A stretch of DNA of 64,000 nt from Ignavibacteriota bacterium (GTDB lineage: Bacteria > Bacteroidota > Ignavibacteria > UBA10030 > CAVZMI01). Position numbers and translations under genes: made by a program. The DNA is taken from the NCBI GenBank assembly GCA_963835935.1, contig CAWIHK010000006.1, forward strand, positions 44,119 through 108,118. Reading direction: 5' to 3'. This document shows, piece after piece, positions 1 to 9,269 of this stretch (position 1 is the stretch's first letter; every line of letters begins with the position of its first letter). The notes below the pieces were generated by a model. That model searched no databases and was not told the DNA's origin. It was given only the letters and a program-made list of their open reading frames with translations.

Positions 1-138
1 TCCTCCGTTGGAGATCGTTATTAAAAAAGCGGATTATGTTGTCCGATTGATAAGAAGAACCGACCAGACTTTCTTCGATGTGCTGCGGTCGAAGTTGATG
101 TGGGGGAGAGATATAAGAGCAGAAAAGATTAAGAAATG

Positions 139-186
139 AAGAGCAAGAGCAAGAACAAGAACAAGGTCAAGATTAAGAATAAGATC
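139..186 (+). repeat. Tandem hexanucleotide repeat (AAGNNC)x8 immediately upstream of the probable start codon at 190
   Basis: aagagc aagagc aagaac aagaac aaggtc aagatt aagaat aagatc read directly; purine-rich, periodic. Confidence 0.6.
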
Positions 187-189
187 GAG

Positions 190-717
190 ATGAAATACAT
201 ATTAAATGCAACAAGATATATTGCTATCGCTGCCACGATACTGTTTCTCATCTCCTGTCAATCGAGCCGCTACGGGTACAAAACTGAAAAAGATGCGGAT
301 GAAATAATTTTTATCGGGACTGTCGGGAGAGATTTATTTACAAAACCGGAAACTTTGTGGTTCGATGAGGCGTACGATTCTTACATAGCAGATATCGGTG
401 CGCTTCAACCATTACGCGGCTGGAACGATTCTTTGGATGTCATAATTTTCTTAGGAACATGGTGCAGTGACACGCATCGAGAACTTCCGAGGTTTTTAAA
501 AATCGTCGAATCGACACATCCTCCAATCCGGATCGTCGAATTCCATGCGCTCGATCGTAATAAAAAAAGCGATTCAGATTTACCGGAAAAATATAATATC
601 ACCAATGTGCCGACGTTTGTGTTCTTGAAAAACGGCAAAGAGATCGGCCGAATTGTTGAGAAGCCGCAAAATAGTCTCGAAGAAGATATTGTCGAAATTT
701 TTCAAAAGAGTAAGTGA
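190..717 (+). CDS. Thioredoxin-fold lipoprotein (TlpA/ResA-like, monothiol WCSDT motif)
   Basis: ORF 136..717; preferred start at 190 (MKYILNATRYIAIAATILFLISCQ = signal peptide + lipobox); 'LGTWCSDTHRELPRF' thioredoxin-like active-site region. Confidence 0.5.
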   Translation: MKYILNATRYIAIAATILFLISCQSSRYGYKTEKDADEIIFIGTVGRDLFTKPETLWFDEAYDSYIADIGALQPLRGWNDSLDVIIFLGTWCSDTHRELPRFLKIVESTHPPIRIVEFHALDRNKKSDSDLPEKYNITNVPTFVFLKNGKEIGRIVEKPQNSLEEDIVEIFQKSK

Positions 718-920
718 TTAAATAGTTTGTGTTTAAAAACCTTTGTGACCTTCATAAATTGCCACTTCACTTTGTGATCTTTGTGGTTAACCACAAAGAA
801 CTCAAAGATTAAATGGCTTTTTCTGAAGAACACAAAGAAGAATTATTTTTGCTCATAATTTGATTGACTTTTTCAGTGAGAACTAATTCAACTCCTACGT
901 ACTTTTCCTTTATTATTAAC

Positions 921-1343
921 TCAATAGGGCTTTGCTCCTTCATCGATCCAGGTTTTAATTGCCTTGATTTTATTTGAGGACAAAGCCGAATAGCCGGAGT
1001 TGATTGGAGGCATTGGGACTTGACCATGACCCTGGCCTGAAATGCAGAGATAGAGTAAGCTTGCGCCACTCTTTCCGGGGATGACGATGCCGGGGGATTT
1101 TGTCACATCGAAATACGAGTCAAGTATAAGCGGTGGATTGCCTGCTTGGTCGAGAGAATTGTGACAACCCGAATACATGCAATACGAATCGAATATTGGC
1201 TGGATATATTTTCCGTATGTCACGTTCGAATCGGGGAATGTGTCGTTCGTGTTTGCGGTTGGATTGTTTTTGCAGCAGCAGAGTAAAAAAGCAAAAGAAA
1301 GTACCGGAACAATTGTCAAGCATGTGTGAAGAGTAGATTTCAT
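921..1343 (-). CDS. Small lipoprotein with PSCyt1-like (planctomycete cytochrome c-type) domain, variant CX4CH motif
   Basis: Lipobox LLCCCKNN; 'IQPIFDSYCMYSGCH…GNPPLILDSY…IPGKSGASLLYLCISGQGHGQVPMPP…IKAIKTWIDEGAKP' matches PSCyt1 layout; 4-nt overlap with upstream gene. Confidence 0.4.
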   Translation of the reverse strand: MKSTLHTCLTIVPVLSFAFLLCCCKNNPTANTNDTFPDSNVTYGKYIQPIFDSYCMYSGCHNSLDQAGNPPLILDSYFDVTKSPGIVIPGKSGASLLYLCISGQGHGQVPMPPINSGYSALSSNKIKAIKTWIDEGAKPY

Positions 1344-2854
1344 TTGTCAGTATCTCCTACATTTACCAAGCGTCTTTCGACATGATTGGCGATATTTTTT
1401 TGGTGTTTAATTTCTTCTATAAAAACATCCCGATCGATAATACCAAGATTTTGGATTTGGATTGATTTTTCTGGAATCCCGAAAAGTTCTTGCAAGTGAT
1501 CAGCCACAAAGCTGTTTACAACGATTGAGTAATTATTTTTATCCTTAACTGACAATCCATTGACGGCAAGTTTCAAGATGCGATGGCCGCCCGGTTTGGT
1601 TCCATCGTATTCACAATGCATACCAGAGACTTCTATTTGTTCACGCGTTTTCGCAAGCTGACATTCCATCATCGATCGTAGCTGGCTTCCCGATACTTCG
1701 AATGTCATCAATTCATCGCCGAAAGGATTTATTTCCCACTCGTCACGTATCGTGATATCTCCCGGAGGAAGATCTTTCCGCAGGCTTCCCGAATTTATTA
1801 TTGCAATATCTGTCTTTGCATACTTTCTCAGCGCGTCGACATGCCAATTTCCGATGTTGCTTTCATGATAAGAGTTCCGTTTCCAAGGGACGAGGAGTTT
1901 TCCGATAACTATATTTAATTTTGAATTTGCGACATCCTCCAAAGAATCCACAATTTTTTTAACAACAGGATTTGCAGGATATCGATCATCTTTGACTTCA
2001 ATCAATCTTCCATTTGACGTGACGACTGAATCACCATCAAGATCGACCGACAATTTTAATTCGCCGATATACCGGCTAGTTGCTCCAGCCTGACAAATAA
2101 GCGTGTGGCCGATTTTCTTCGGCTTAAAGATTGCGGTGTGCGAGTGTCCGCCGATGATGATGTCGATTCTCGATTCCGATGTTGCCAATGTTGAATCCAT
2201 CTCATATCCAATATGACTCACGAGCACGATGAGTTGGGGATGTTTTGTTTTTTTTATTTCGTCGATCGTGTTGTGGACAGTTTTTCCCAAGTCAAGTACT
2301 TTCAGTCCACGGATGTTTCTACTCATTGCCAACGCCGACAGATTTGGAGGAACCAGTCCGATGAACGCAATATTTACATTGCCGATTTTCTCAACGATCC
2401 ATGGCTGTACAAACGATTTTGCATTTTCGACATCCCACAAGTTTGCAGAAATTACCGGCATTTTGAAAAACGGCAATTGCTTCCGCAATGTATCGACGGA
2501 ATAATCGAATTCATGGTTACCGAGTGCCACGATGTCGGGGGCGAAAAGATTTAACATCTGTATGTCCGCCCATCCGTTGGTCATCGAAGAAATTGGCGTT
2601 CCCTGAAAATTATCGCCGGCATTGACGACAATAGAATTTGAGTCAGCATGTTTAAGTGAATCGAGATATGATTTGAACGCGACAGCTCCACCGACGAAGC
2701 AAGGATGTTCTTTGCCGTCTGTACTCCGTTCAAAGATTTTTAATGGTGAGTATTGAGCGTGATAATCGTTGTAATGGATAATCGTGATAGTTGCCTTGTG
2801 CTGGGCAAAACATGTAAACGTTAGAACGCACAAAATTGTTAAGAGTTTCTTCAT
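1340..2854 (-). CDS. Bifunctional metallophosphatase/5'-nucleotidase (UshA family), secreted
   Basis: Signal peptide; calcineurin-like motifs (IIHYNDYHAQ, GDNFQG, GNHEFD, GGHSHT) plus 5'-nucleotidase C-terminal domain. Confidence 0.8.
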   Translation of the reverse strand: MKKLLTILCVLTFTCFAQHKATITIIHYNDYHAQYSPLKIFERSTDGKEHPCFVGGAVAFKSYLDSLKHADSNSIVVNAGDNFQGTPISSMTNGWADIQMLNLFAPDIVALGNHEFDYSVDTLRKQLPFFKMPVISANLWDVENAKSFVQPWIVEKIGNVNIAFIGLVPPNLSALAMSRNIRGLKVLDLGKTVHNTIDEIKKTKHPQLIVLVSHIGYEMDSTLATSESRIDIIIGGHSHTAIFKPKKIGHTLICQAGATSRYIGELKLSVDLDGDSVVTSNGRLIEVKDDRYPANPVVKKIVDSLEDVANSKLNIVIGKLLVPWKRNSYHESNIGNWHVDALRKYAKTDIAIINSGSLRKDLPPGDITIRDEWEINPFGDELMTFEVSGSQLRSMMECQLAKTREQIEVSGMHCEYDGTKPGGHRILKLAVNGLSVKDKNNYSIVVNSFVADHLQELFGIPEKSIQIQNLGIIDRDVFIEEIKHQKNIANHVERRLVNVGDTDK

Positions 2855-3258
2855 GAGAATTTCCTTTACCAGATCAATTTACAAAAAAAAGAAATGTATT
2901 GCGAACGATGAGATTAATTTTGCCGATTCCGCAAATCCGCAATTCGCCTCCATCATGAGAGCATGACTCCGGCGAACAAGCCTGAGATCCGCAATCTATT
3001 GTTGCTTTTTAAACCATAAGTTTGTACAATTTTTACTGCTTAACAAGATTAACGGTGGGAAAGCTTGCGGGAATGGTGGTTGAGGATCGGGTTATAGATT
3101 TTCGATAAATTATATTTTTGCACGCCTTACTTTTTTCGGTAGAACAGTCTGATAGGAGACTCACTGAGTTCTCAAGGGAATCCAAACTTGCAGATAAAAT
3201 GAGGATTGAAATAATATGACTGTCCTGATGAAATCTTGAAACAACACGTGAGGAGAAA

Positions 3259-4383
3259 ATGAAAAACCAGAAAATCTGTAAGACGTGTGTGTTACCAGAA
3301 TCATCGCTATTTCATCTGGATGAGACTGGGAATTGCAAAATCTGTAATTCACCAGAATCATTCAAACATATTCTCAAGAAACCCGACAAAGAAAAACTTT
3401 CAAAGTTAATCGATCAGATCAAGCGAGATGGGGAAAAACAAAAATATGATTGTATCGTTGCATGGAGTGGAGGCAGAGACAGTACATTCATGCTCCACGA
3501 ATTAGTAAAAACTCACAATCTTCGATGCGTTGCTGTTTTTGGTAAGACTCCGTTTACACCGAACGAAATCATAGACAGCGTTCGTTCGATTTCGGATAAA
3601 TTAAAAATTGAACTGATAGAAGTACAAACACCATCTCACCATCAAAAAATTGCCGGCTATTGTCTGAACGAGTATTTAAAGACTCAGGCACCAATTCTCA
3701 TTAATCTTGCTTGTGCCTCTTGTAAATTTGTCAACAAAGAAATATTCAAATATGCACTTAGATTAGGCATTAAGACTGTAATCTACGGTGGAAATCGATT
3801 TGAGTACTTCCCATCCGGGCCGGCGTCTATCGATATCAATTCGGAAGACCGATATTCATTTCTCAATATGGTGCGGGATAATATATCGCGTTTGATTAAA
3901 GGTATAGGTATTCTAACGACTTCACCTGCCCTTCTTAAATATTGTCTTACCTTTTTTAAGGCTTCTGTACTTTATGTCAATCAATACACAATCTATCTAC
4001 GGCTTCGTTATCCGAATATTTTCAGATTCGATTACTATCATTATGCAGATTGGGATGAAACTAAAATTAATGCGGTGCTGATCGATCTCGGGTGGAAACT
4101 TCCTTCTGGTTGTAATTCAACATGGCGTGCAGATTGTGTTTTTGAGGCTGTTAAAAATACGGCTTTCAAAAGACAGCTGGGATTCACATACGCGCAAGCT
4201 ATGTATAGCAATCTAGTACGCGGTAACAAAATTACGCGTGAAGAAGCGTTAAAAAGATTGGATAAAGAAGGTATATCAGAACCACGATTACATAAAGCAT
4301 TAGAATTATGCGGATTGGCTCCGGATGCATTTGCGGATAAAAATGAAGAAAAATATTTCAACAAAGATTCAGAAGAAATTTAA
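3259..4383 (+). CDS. N-acetyl sugar amidotransferase (PP-loop ATPase, WbuX/PseA-like)
   Basis: N-terminal CxxC…CxxC zinc ribbon then PP-loop 'AWSGGRDSTFMLHEL'; length ~374 aa typical of TIGR03573-type proteins. Confidence 0.55.
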   Translation: MKNQKICKTCVLPESSLFHLDETGNCKICNSPESFKHILKKPDKEKLSKLIDQIKRDGEKQKYDCIVAWSGGRDSTFMLHELVKTHNLRCVAVFGKTPFTPNEIIDSVRSISDKLKIELIEVQTPSHHQKIAGYCLNEYLKTQAPILINLACASCKFVNKEIFKYALRLGIKTVIYGGNRFEYFPSGPASIDINSEDRYSFLNMVRDNISRLIKGIGILTTSPALLKYCLTFFKASVLYVNQYTIYLRLRYPNIFRFDYYHYADWDETKINAVLIDLGWKLPSGCNSTWRADCVFEAVKNTAFKRQLGFTYAQAMYSNLVRGNKITREEALKRLDKEGISEPRLHKALELCGLAPDAFADKNEEKYFNKDSEEI

Positions 4384-4792
4384 GAGAAGAGATACCCAGA
4401 ATAAAAACATTCATTTTCCTATTCGCTTCCTCCAGTCATTTTTAAGATTCTTAGAGGAGATAGTATTGTTGCAACTTCTGTCGAGGGTTACGCTTTTCCT
4501 CTGATTATTATTGTTGGTTATATAGCCCCTGAACAAACTCTGCAGGCTGTATGGAAAGCTCCGAATACAACGGCACTGGATCCGAAGATCGTGCTCGCTC
4601 CAGGATCATACGAGACTTATGTCACTTTTCCACACTTTAATCAGGTGCAAGTAAGTCCAGTGTCTCCGATAACATTTTCAATCGTTCAGTGATTGATATC
4701 GATATATCTGCGTAAAGGATAGTTGGTGCGATTATAAGAAGTTTATTGAAGATTGACTTTCTGCCAATTCACTCGTATATTTGATGTGTTAT

Positions 4793-4865
4793 GGGGCTAT
4801 AGCTCAGCTGGGAGAGCGCCTGAATGGCATTCAGGAGGTCAGCGGTTCGATCCCGCTTAGCTCCA
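4793..4865 (+). tRNA. tRNA-Ala (anticodon GGC)
   Basis: Cloverleaf folds by eye; anticodon loop aTGGCat; G3:U70 Ala identity pair; TΨC 'GGTTCGATCC'; CCA not encoded. Confidence 0.9.
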
Positions 4866-4867
4866 CA

Positions 4868-4906
4868 AAATGCCTCCTTGATATATTTATTAAGGAGGCA
4901 TTTTTA
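4868..4906 (+). terminator. Rho-independent terminator after tRNA-Ala
   Basis: aaatgcctcctt…aaggaggcattt 12-bp stem followed by TTTTT. Confidence 0.7.
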
Positions 4907-5006
4907 TGTCTTTATCTGTTTCTATTGATTCTGAAAACCAATAAAGAGATTTCATATCGAACAAAATAAAAAAACGTTCACTCGCGTTGCAGGCTTTCTC
5001 CGAATG

Positions 5007-6743
5007 TTATTTCATCAATATTATCTTACACGATTTTGTTTCGTATGGAGTTTTTAGCCGGCAAATATATATTCCACTCGAAAGTGCCCGATTGTTTTCA
5101 TCCTGGCAATCCCATCGCAAGGTATGTTCTCCATTCTTTTCGACGCCATTGATTAATCCGCACATCTTTTGTCCGATCACATTATAGATGTCTATCTCAA
5201 CTTGTTCAGCTACTGGAAGTGTATAACGGATGATTATATCCGAATTGCCGATCGGATAGGGATTCGGTCCAGATGATAAATTCATGCGTTGATTATTTTC
5301 GTGCGAATTCGACACTGAAACAGCATGTACAAATTCACCATTGACCTGAATTTCCCAGAGGGAGTATCCATAAGGTGTGCCCCGTCTGTTTCCGTGCCAC
5401 CGTACATATCGTGCCTCGGTAGGCGGTACAGAAAGAAATTCAGTTCCACCGTTGCTCTTTGAAGTCGCATAGATTGCCGTCCATAACTGTTTATCGGAAG
5501 AAACATCAATAGTATAATCCAACCCGTAGGATGTTCCCCAGATGAGCGTCACATTTTTGATCCGGTAAATACCCTGAAGATCCACCGAAAGCCATTGCGG
5601 ATCTTTATATGGGCTTGACCATCTGGTTGTAAGATCTCCGTCAAAGGCAAACGATGCTTTTACTGTATTGTCGCTGTATGCCGAATATTCACATGGTTTG
5701 TTGAGCGCGACATTCGGCAACAGCACATCAATTTTTTTAAAGTTCGAAGAGATTTCACTTGTTCCATCGGTGAACGATACTTTCGCGTGAATGAGATATT
5801 CGTTTTGGGTCACGTTATTCCAATTGAATATAAATGGAGGTGTGGATGATTCTCCAATTTTGGTTGAATCTAAAAAATATTCTACCTTTGTGGCAGGAGT
5901 ATCCGACTCGACGTTTGTACTGAATTGAATATTCGCCGGAGTGTCATAAATTAAATTTATTGGAGATGTCAATGTAATTTTTCTCTCTCGCTTTGGGTGA
6001 TTGTAGAAAAAATCGACGACGAGATCTGTGCAGTCGATAGGGTAGAACAGCCAGGTATGTCCGCCGTGAGCATATGTGACGAACTCAACATCTGCATCGA
6101 TTGCATTTGACCGCCATAGTTGTGCGATTGTCCCGACATAGTTGTACACTGTGTCCGGTGTGGCCGAACATTGATTTTTTTGCCGCCAGGCAGCCAATCC
6201 GGCTTGATCCGTGCTGTAGGGAACGGTGGCATCATCCACGGCATGAATTGCGAGAACTGGTTTTGGTGAAGGAATTGTCTGGCTGGATCCTGTCCAGTAT
6301 CCCGCTACCGGCGCGATTGCCGCAAATTTTTCCGGTAACTTAGAGCCCAGCGTGTAACAAAAAAATGCTCCATCCGAATGTCCGGTTGCATAGACACGTT
6401 TTGAGTCGATATGAAACTTTTTCTGGAGAGTATCCAGGAGAACAGAGACGAAATCAATGTCATTGTCGTGGGAGTTCCATCCTCCTTTGATGGAGGTGGG
6501 ATAAACGACGATATATTTCATGATTTCCGATCGTTCATTGAATCCGCTTCTGAACAATGCACTGTCCGAGCCGCTCAATCCGTGGAAAACAAAAATTAAT
6601 GGATACGATGTAGAACCGTCGTATGCCGGGGGAACATGGACGAGATATGCTCTGTTGTATCCGTTGTGCATCATGAATTGTTCCTGGGCTGCCAGATGGT
6701 AGAAGGAGAGACATAAAATTAGAAAACTCAAAATTATTTTCAT
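5007..6743 (-). CDS. Secreted esterase (PHB-depolymerase/LpqC-like α/β-hydrolase) with F5/8 type C discoidin domain and T9SS C-terminal sorting domain
   Basis: Signal peptide; 'FVFHGLSGS…GHSDGAFFCY' (GxSxG); discoidin-like 'CEYSAYSDNTVKASFAFDGDLTTRWSS…WLSVDL'; C-terminal T9SS CTD. Confidence 0.75.
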   Translation of the reverse strand: MKIILSFLILCLSFYHLAAQEQFMMHNGYNRAYLVHVPPAYDGSTSYPLIFVFHGLSGSDSALFRSGFNERSEIMKYIVVYPTSIKGGWNSHDNDIDFVSVLLDTLQKKFHIDSKRVYATGHSDGAFFCYTLGSKLPEKFAAIAPVAGYWTGSSQTIPSPKPVLAIHAVDDATVPYSTDQAGLAAWRQKNQCSATPDTVYNYVGTIAQLWRSNAIDADVEFVTYAHGGHTWLFYPIDCTDLVVDFFYNHPKRERKITLTSPINLIYDTPANIQFSTNVESDTPATKVEYFLDSTKIGESSTPPFIFNWNNVTQNEYLIHAKVSFTDGTSEISSNFKKIDVLLPNVALNKPCEYSAYSDNTVKASFAFDGDLTTRWSSPYKDPQWLSVDLQGIYRIKNVTLIWGTSYGLDYTIDVSSDKQLWTAIYATSKSNGGTEFLSVPPTEARYVRWHGNRRGTPYGYSLWEIQVNGEFVHAVSVSNSHENNQRMNLSSGPNPYPIGNSDIIIRYTLPVAEQVEIDIYNVIGQKMCGLINGVEKNGEHTLRWDCQDENNRALSSGIYICRLKTPYETKSCKIILMK

Positions 6744-7242
6744 CGCTTATCCTTTTATTCTTCGTAATAACTCTCACTATAACTTAACATTTTTTTTCAA
6801 ACTTGTCTAAAATAGAAAAATGTTTTAATCAGATTATCTAAAAAGTTTACTTGTCATTTCCCCAAAGGGGCCACGTTGTGACGATCACGATTTAATCGGG
6901 AGAGAAATTTTGATTTTTATTCAGATTTCCCGACAATAAGCTATTTCCGGACAATCCCAGAAGAATAGCAGTTGAATACTTAATTCTTTCCGACGCCAAA
7001 AACATGTCCAATTTGATCTGTTTGAATGATGTTTTATCTCAATTTTAATTCATCTTGGACAGTTGTGAAATGAATTCAATATTGAGACCAGATACCCGGA
7101 TTTTAAGAATGATTTTTATAAAAAATGCACTAAGGAATTTATCGACACAGAACTTAACAGGAATTGAACAATTACGAAAATGGATTCGAGATACTTTGAT
7201 GTATAAGGATAGCTCTTACTTAATTTAACTCCACTGATAATC

Positions 7243-8982
7243 TCACTTCATCAAAATTATCTTGCACGATTTTTTTTCGTAAAGAGTTTTTATCCTGCAA
7301 ATATATATTCCACTCGAAAGTGCCCGATTGTTTTCATCCCGGCAATTCCATCGCACGATATGTTCTCCATTTTTTTCGACGTTGTTGATCAATCCACACA
7401 CCTTTTGTCCGATTACATTATAGATGTCTATCTCAACTTGTTCATCTTCTGGAAGTGTATAACGGATGATTATATTCGAATTGCCGATCGGATAGGGATT
7501 CGGCGCAGACGATAAACTCAGGCGTTGATTATTTTCATGCGAATTCGATACTGAAACTGCTTTTACAAATTCACCATCAATCTGAATCTCCCAGAGAGCA
7601 TATCCATATTCTGTACCCCGTCTGTTTCCGTGCCAGCGTACATATCGTGCTTCGGTAGGAGGTACAGAAAGAAATTCAGTACCACCTTTTCCGCTTGTTG
7701 TCGCATAGATTGTCGTCCATTTTTGCTTATCGGAAGAAACATCAATGGAATAAGCCAATCCATAGGATGTTCCCCAGAAAAGAGTAATATGTTTGATCCG
7801 ATAAATTCCCTGTAAATCAACCGAAATCCACTGCGGATCGCTAGTCGGCGTTGTCCATCTGGTTGAAAAATTTCCGTCGAAAACATTCGACGCCTTTAGT
7901 GAACTGTCGTTAATTGCTGAATATTCGCATGGCTTGTTAAGAGCGATATTTGGCAGCAGTACATCGACCTTTTTAAAGTTCGAAGAAATTTCTGTTGTTC
8001 CGTCCTCGAAGAATGCTCTCGCGTGGATGAGATACTCATTTTGAGTCAGATTGGACGCTGTAATTGTATAAGGTGGTGTAGATGATTCTCCAATTTTTAT
8101 TGAGTCGGAAAAATATTCAATCCTTGTCATGGGAGTATCGGATACGACGTCTGCGTTTAATTGAATAGTTGCAGGAGTTTCGTAAAATAAATTCACTGGC
8201 GAAGTTAATAGTACTTTCTTCTCCCGTTGGGGATGGTTATAGAAAAAATCGACTACGAGATCTGTGCAATTGATCGGATAGTTCAACCATGTATGACCGC
8301 CGTGAGCATACGTGATGAACTCAACATCTGCGCCGGTTTCAACGGCCGGCCATAATTGTGCGATCGTCCCGCTATAGTTGTACACTGTGTCCGGTGTGGC
8401 CGAACATTGATTTTTTTGCCGCCAGGCAGCCAATCCGGCTTGATCCGTGCTGTAGGGAACGGTGGCATCATCCACGGCATGAATTGCGAGAACTGGTTTT
8501 GGTGAAGGAATTGTCTGGCTGGATCCTGTCCAGTATCCCGCTACCGGCGCGATTGCCGCAAATTTTTCCGGTAACTTAGAGCCCAGCGTGTAACAAAAAA
8601 ATGCTCCATCCGAATGTCCGGTTGCATAGACACGTTTTGAGTCGATATGAAACTTTTTCTGGAGAGTATCCAGGAGAACAGAGACGAAATCAATGTCATT
8701 GTCGTGGGAGTTCCATCCTCCTTTGATGGAGGTGGGATAAACGACGATATATTTCATGATTTCCGATCGTTCATTGAATCCGCTTCTGAACAATGCACTG
8801 TCCGAGCCGCTCAATCCGTGGAAAACAAAAATTAATGGATACGATGTAGAACCGTCGTATGACGCGGGAACATGGACGAGATATGCTCTGTTGTATCCGT
8901 TGTGTATCATGAATTGTTCCTGGGCTGCCAGATGGTAGAAGGAGAGACATAAAACCAGATAACTCAAAATTCTTTTCATCAC
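7243..8982 (-). CDS. Secreted esterase-discoidin-T9SS cargo protein, tandem paralog of 5007..6743
   Basis: ~85% aa identity to upstream paralog; N-terminal coding region nearly identical at DNA level. Confidence 0.75.
   Translation of the reverse strand: MMKRILSYLVLCLSFYHLAAQEQFMIHNGYNRAYLVHVPASYDGSTSYPLIFVFHGLSGSDSALFRSGFNERSEIMKYIVVYPTSIKGGWNSHDNDIDFVSVLLDTLQKKFHIDSKRVYATGHSDGAFFCYTLGSKLPEKFAAIAPVAGYWTGSSQTIPSPKPVLAIHAVDDATVPYSTDQAGLAAWRQKNQCSATPDTVYNYSGTIAQLWPAVETGADVEFITYAHGGHTWLNYPINCTDLVVDFFYNHPQREKKVLLTSPVNLFYETPATIQLNADVVSDTPMTRIEYFSDSIKIGESSTPPYTITASNLTQNEYLIHARAFFEDGTTEISSNFKKVDVLLPNIALNKPCEYSAINDSSLKASNVFDGNFSTRWTTPTSDPQWISVDLQGIYRIKHITLFWGTSYGLAYSIDVSSDKQKWTTIYATTSGKGGTEFLSVPPTEARYVRWHGNRRGTEYGYALWEIQIDGEFVKAVSVSNSHENNQRLSLSSAPNPYPIGNSNIIIRYTLPEDEQVEIDIYNVIGQKVCGLINNVEKNGEHIVRWNCRDENNRALSSGIYICRIKTLYEKKSCKIILMK
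8387..8857. repeat. Near-identical ~470-bp tract shared with 6150..6620 (5' parts of the two esterase paralogs)
   Basis: Direct reading: long runs identical between the two copies whereas the rest of the genes are ~80-85% identical; duplication period ~2239 bp. Confidence 0.7.
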
Positions 8983-9103
8983 TTTTCCTTTTGTTCTCGT
9001 ATTAACTCTCAGTATAACTTAAGATATTTTTTTATAACTTTCATAGTTACACTTAGTTTTATCATCGCATTTCTAATATTCCAAATCCTCATTAGCTCAA
9101 TAA

Positions 9104-9133
9104 AAAAAGCGCTCATTACGGCGCTTTTTTTTT
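9104..9133 (-). terminator. Terminator-like hairpin downstream of 9270..10466 (minus strand)
   Basis: aaaaaagcgctcattacggcgctttttttt; GC stem flanked by A/T runs on both sides. Confidence 0.5.
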
Positions 9134-9269
9134 CGATTTCGGATACAATTCGATTCTTCATTTCGTCAAATACAGCTTTATAGCTTGAAGAAGATTATCG
9201 ACTTTAATTCTGCATACATACAAACCGATATTCAAACACCTGACTTCACGCATTCCGCTACTTTTTTCT

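Noticed and set aside
136-189. ATG at 136 as start of the thioredoxin-like gene
   Set aside because: It would add a Lys-rich tract encoded by a hexamer repeat ahead of an intact lipoprotein signal peptide starting at 190. The repeat is more likely 5'-UTR sequence.
1133-1336. Numerous 60-130-aa ORFs antisense to or embedded in large genes (e.g. 1133..1336, 2213..2554, 6101..6343/8358..8579, 22294..22614, 54084..54647)
   Set aside because: They overlap well-supported genes on the opposite strand or in another frame and have no signal, domain or start-context support. The duplicated ones are identical only because the underlying esterase DNA is duplicated.
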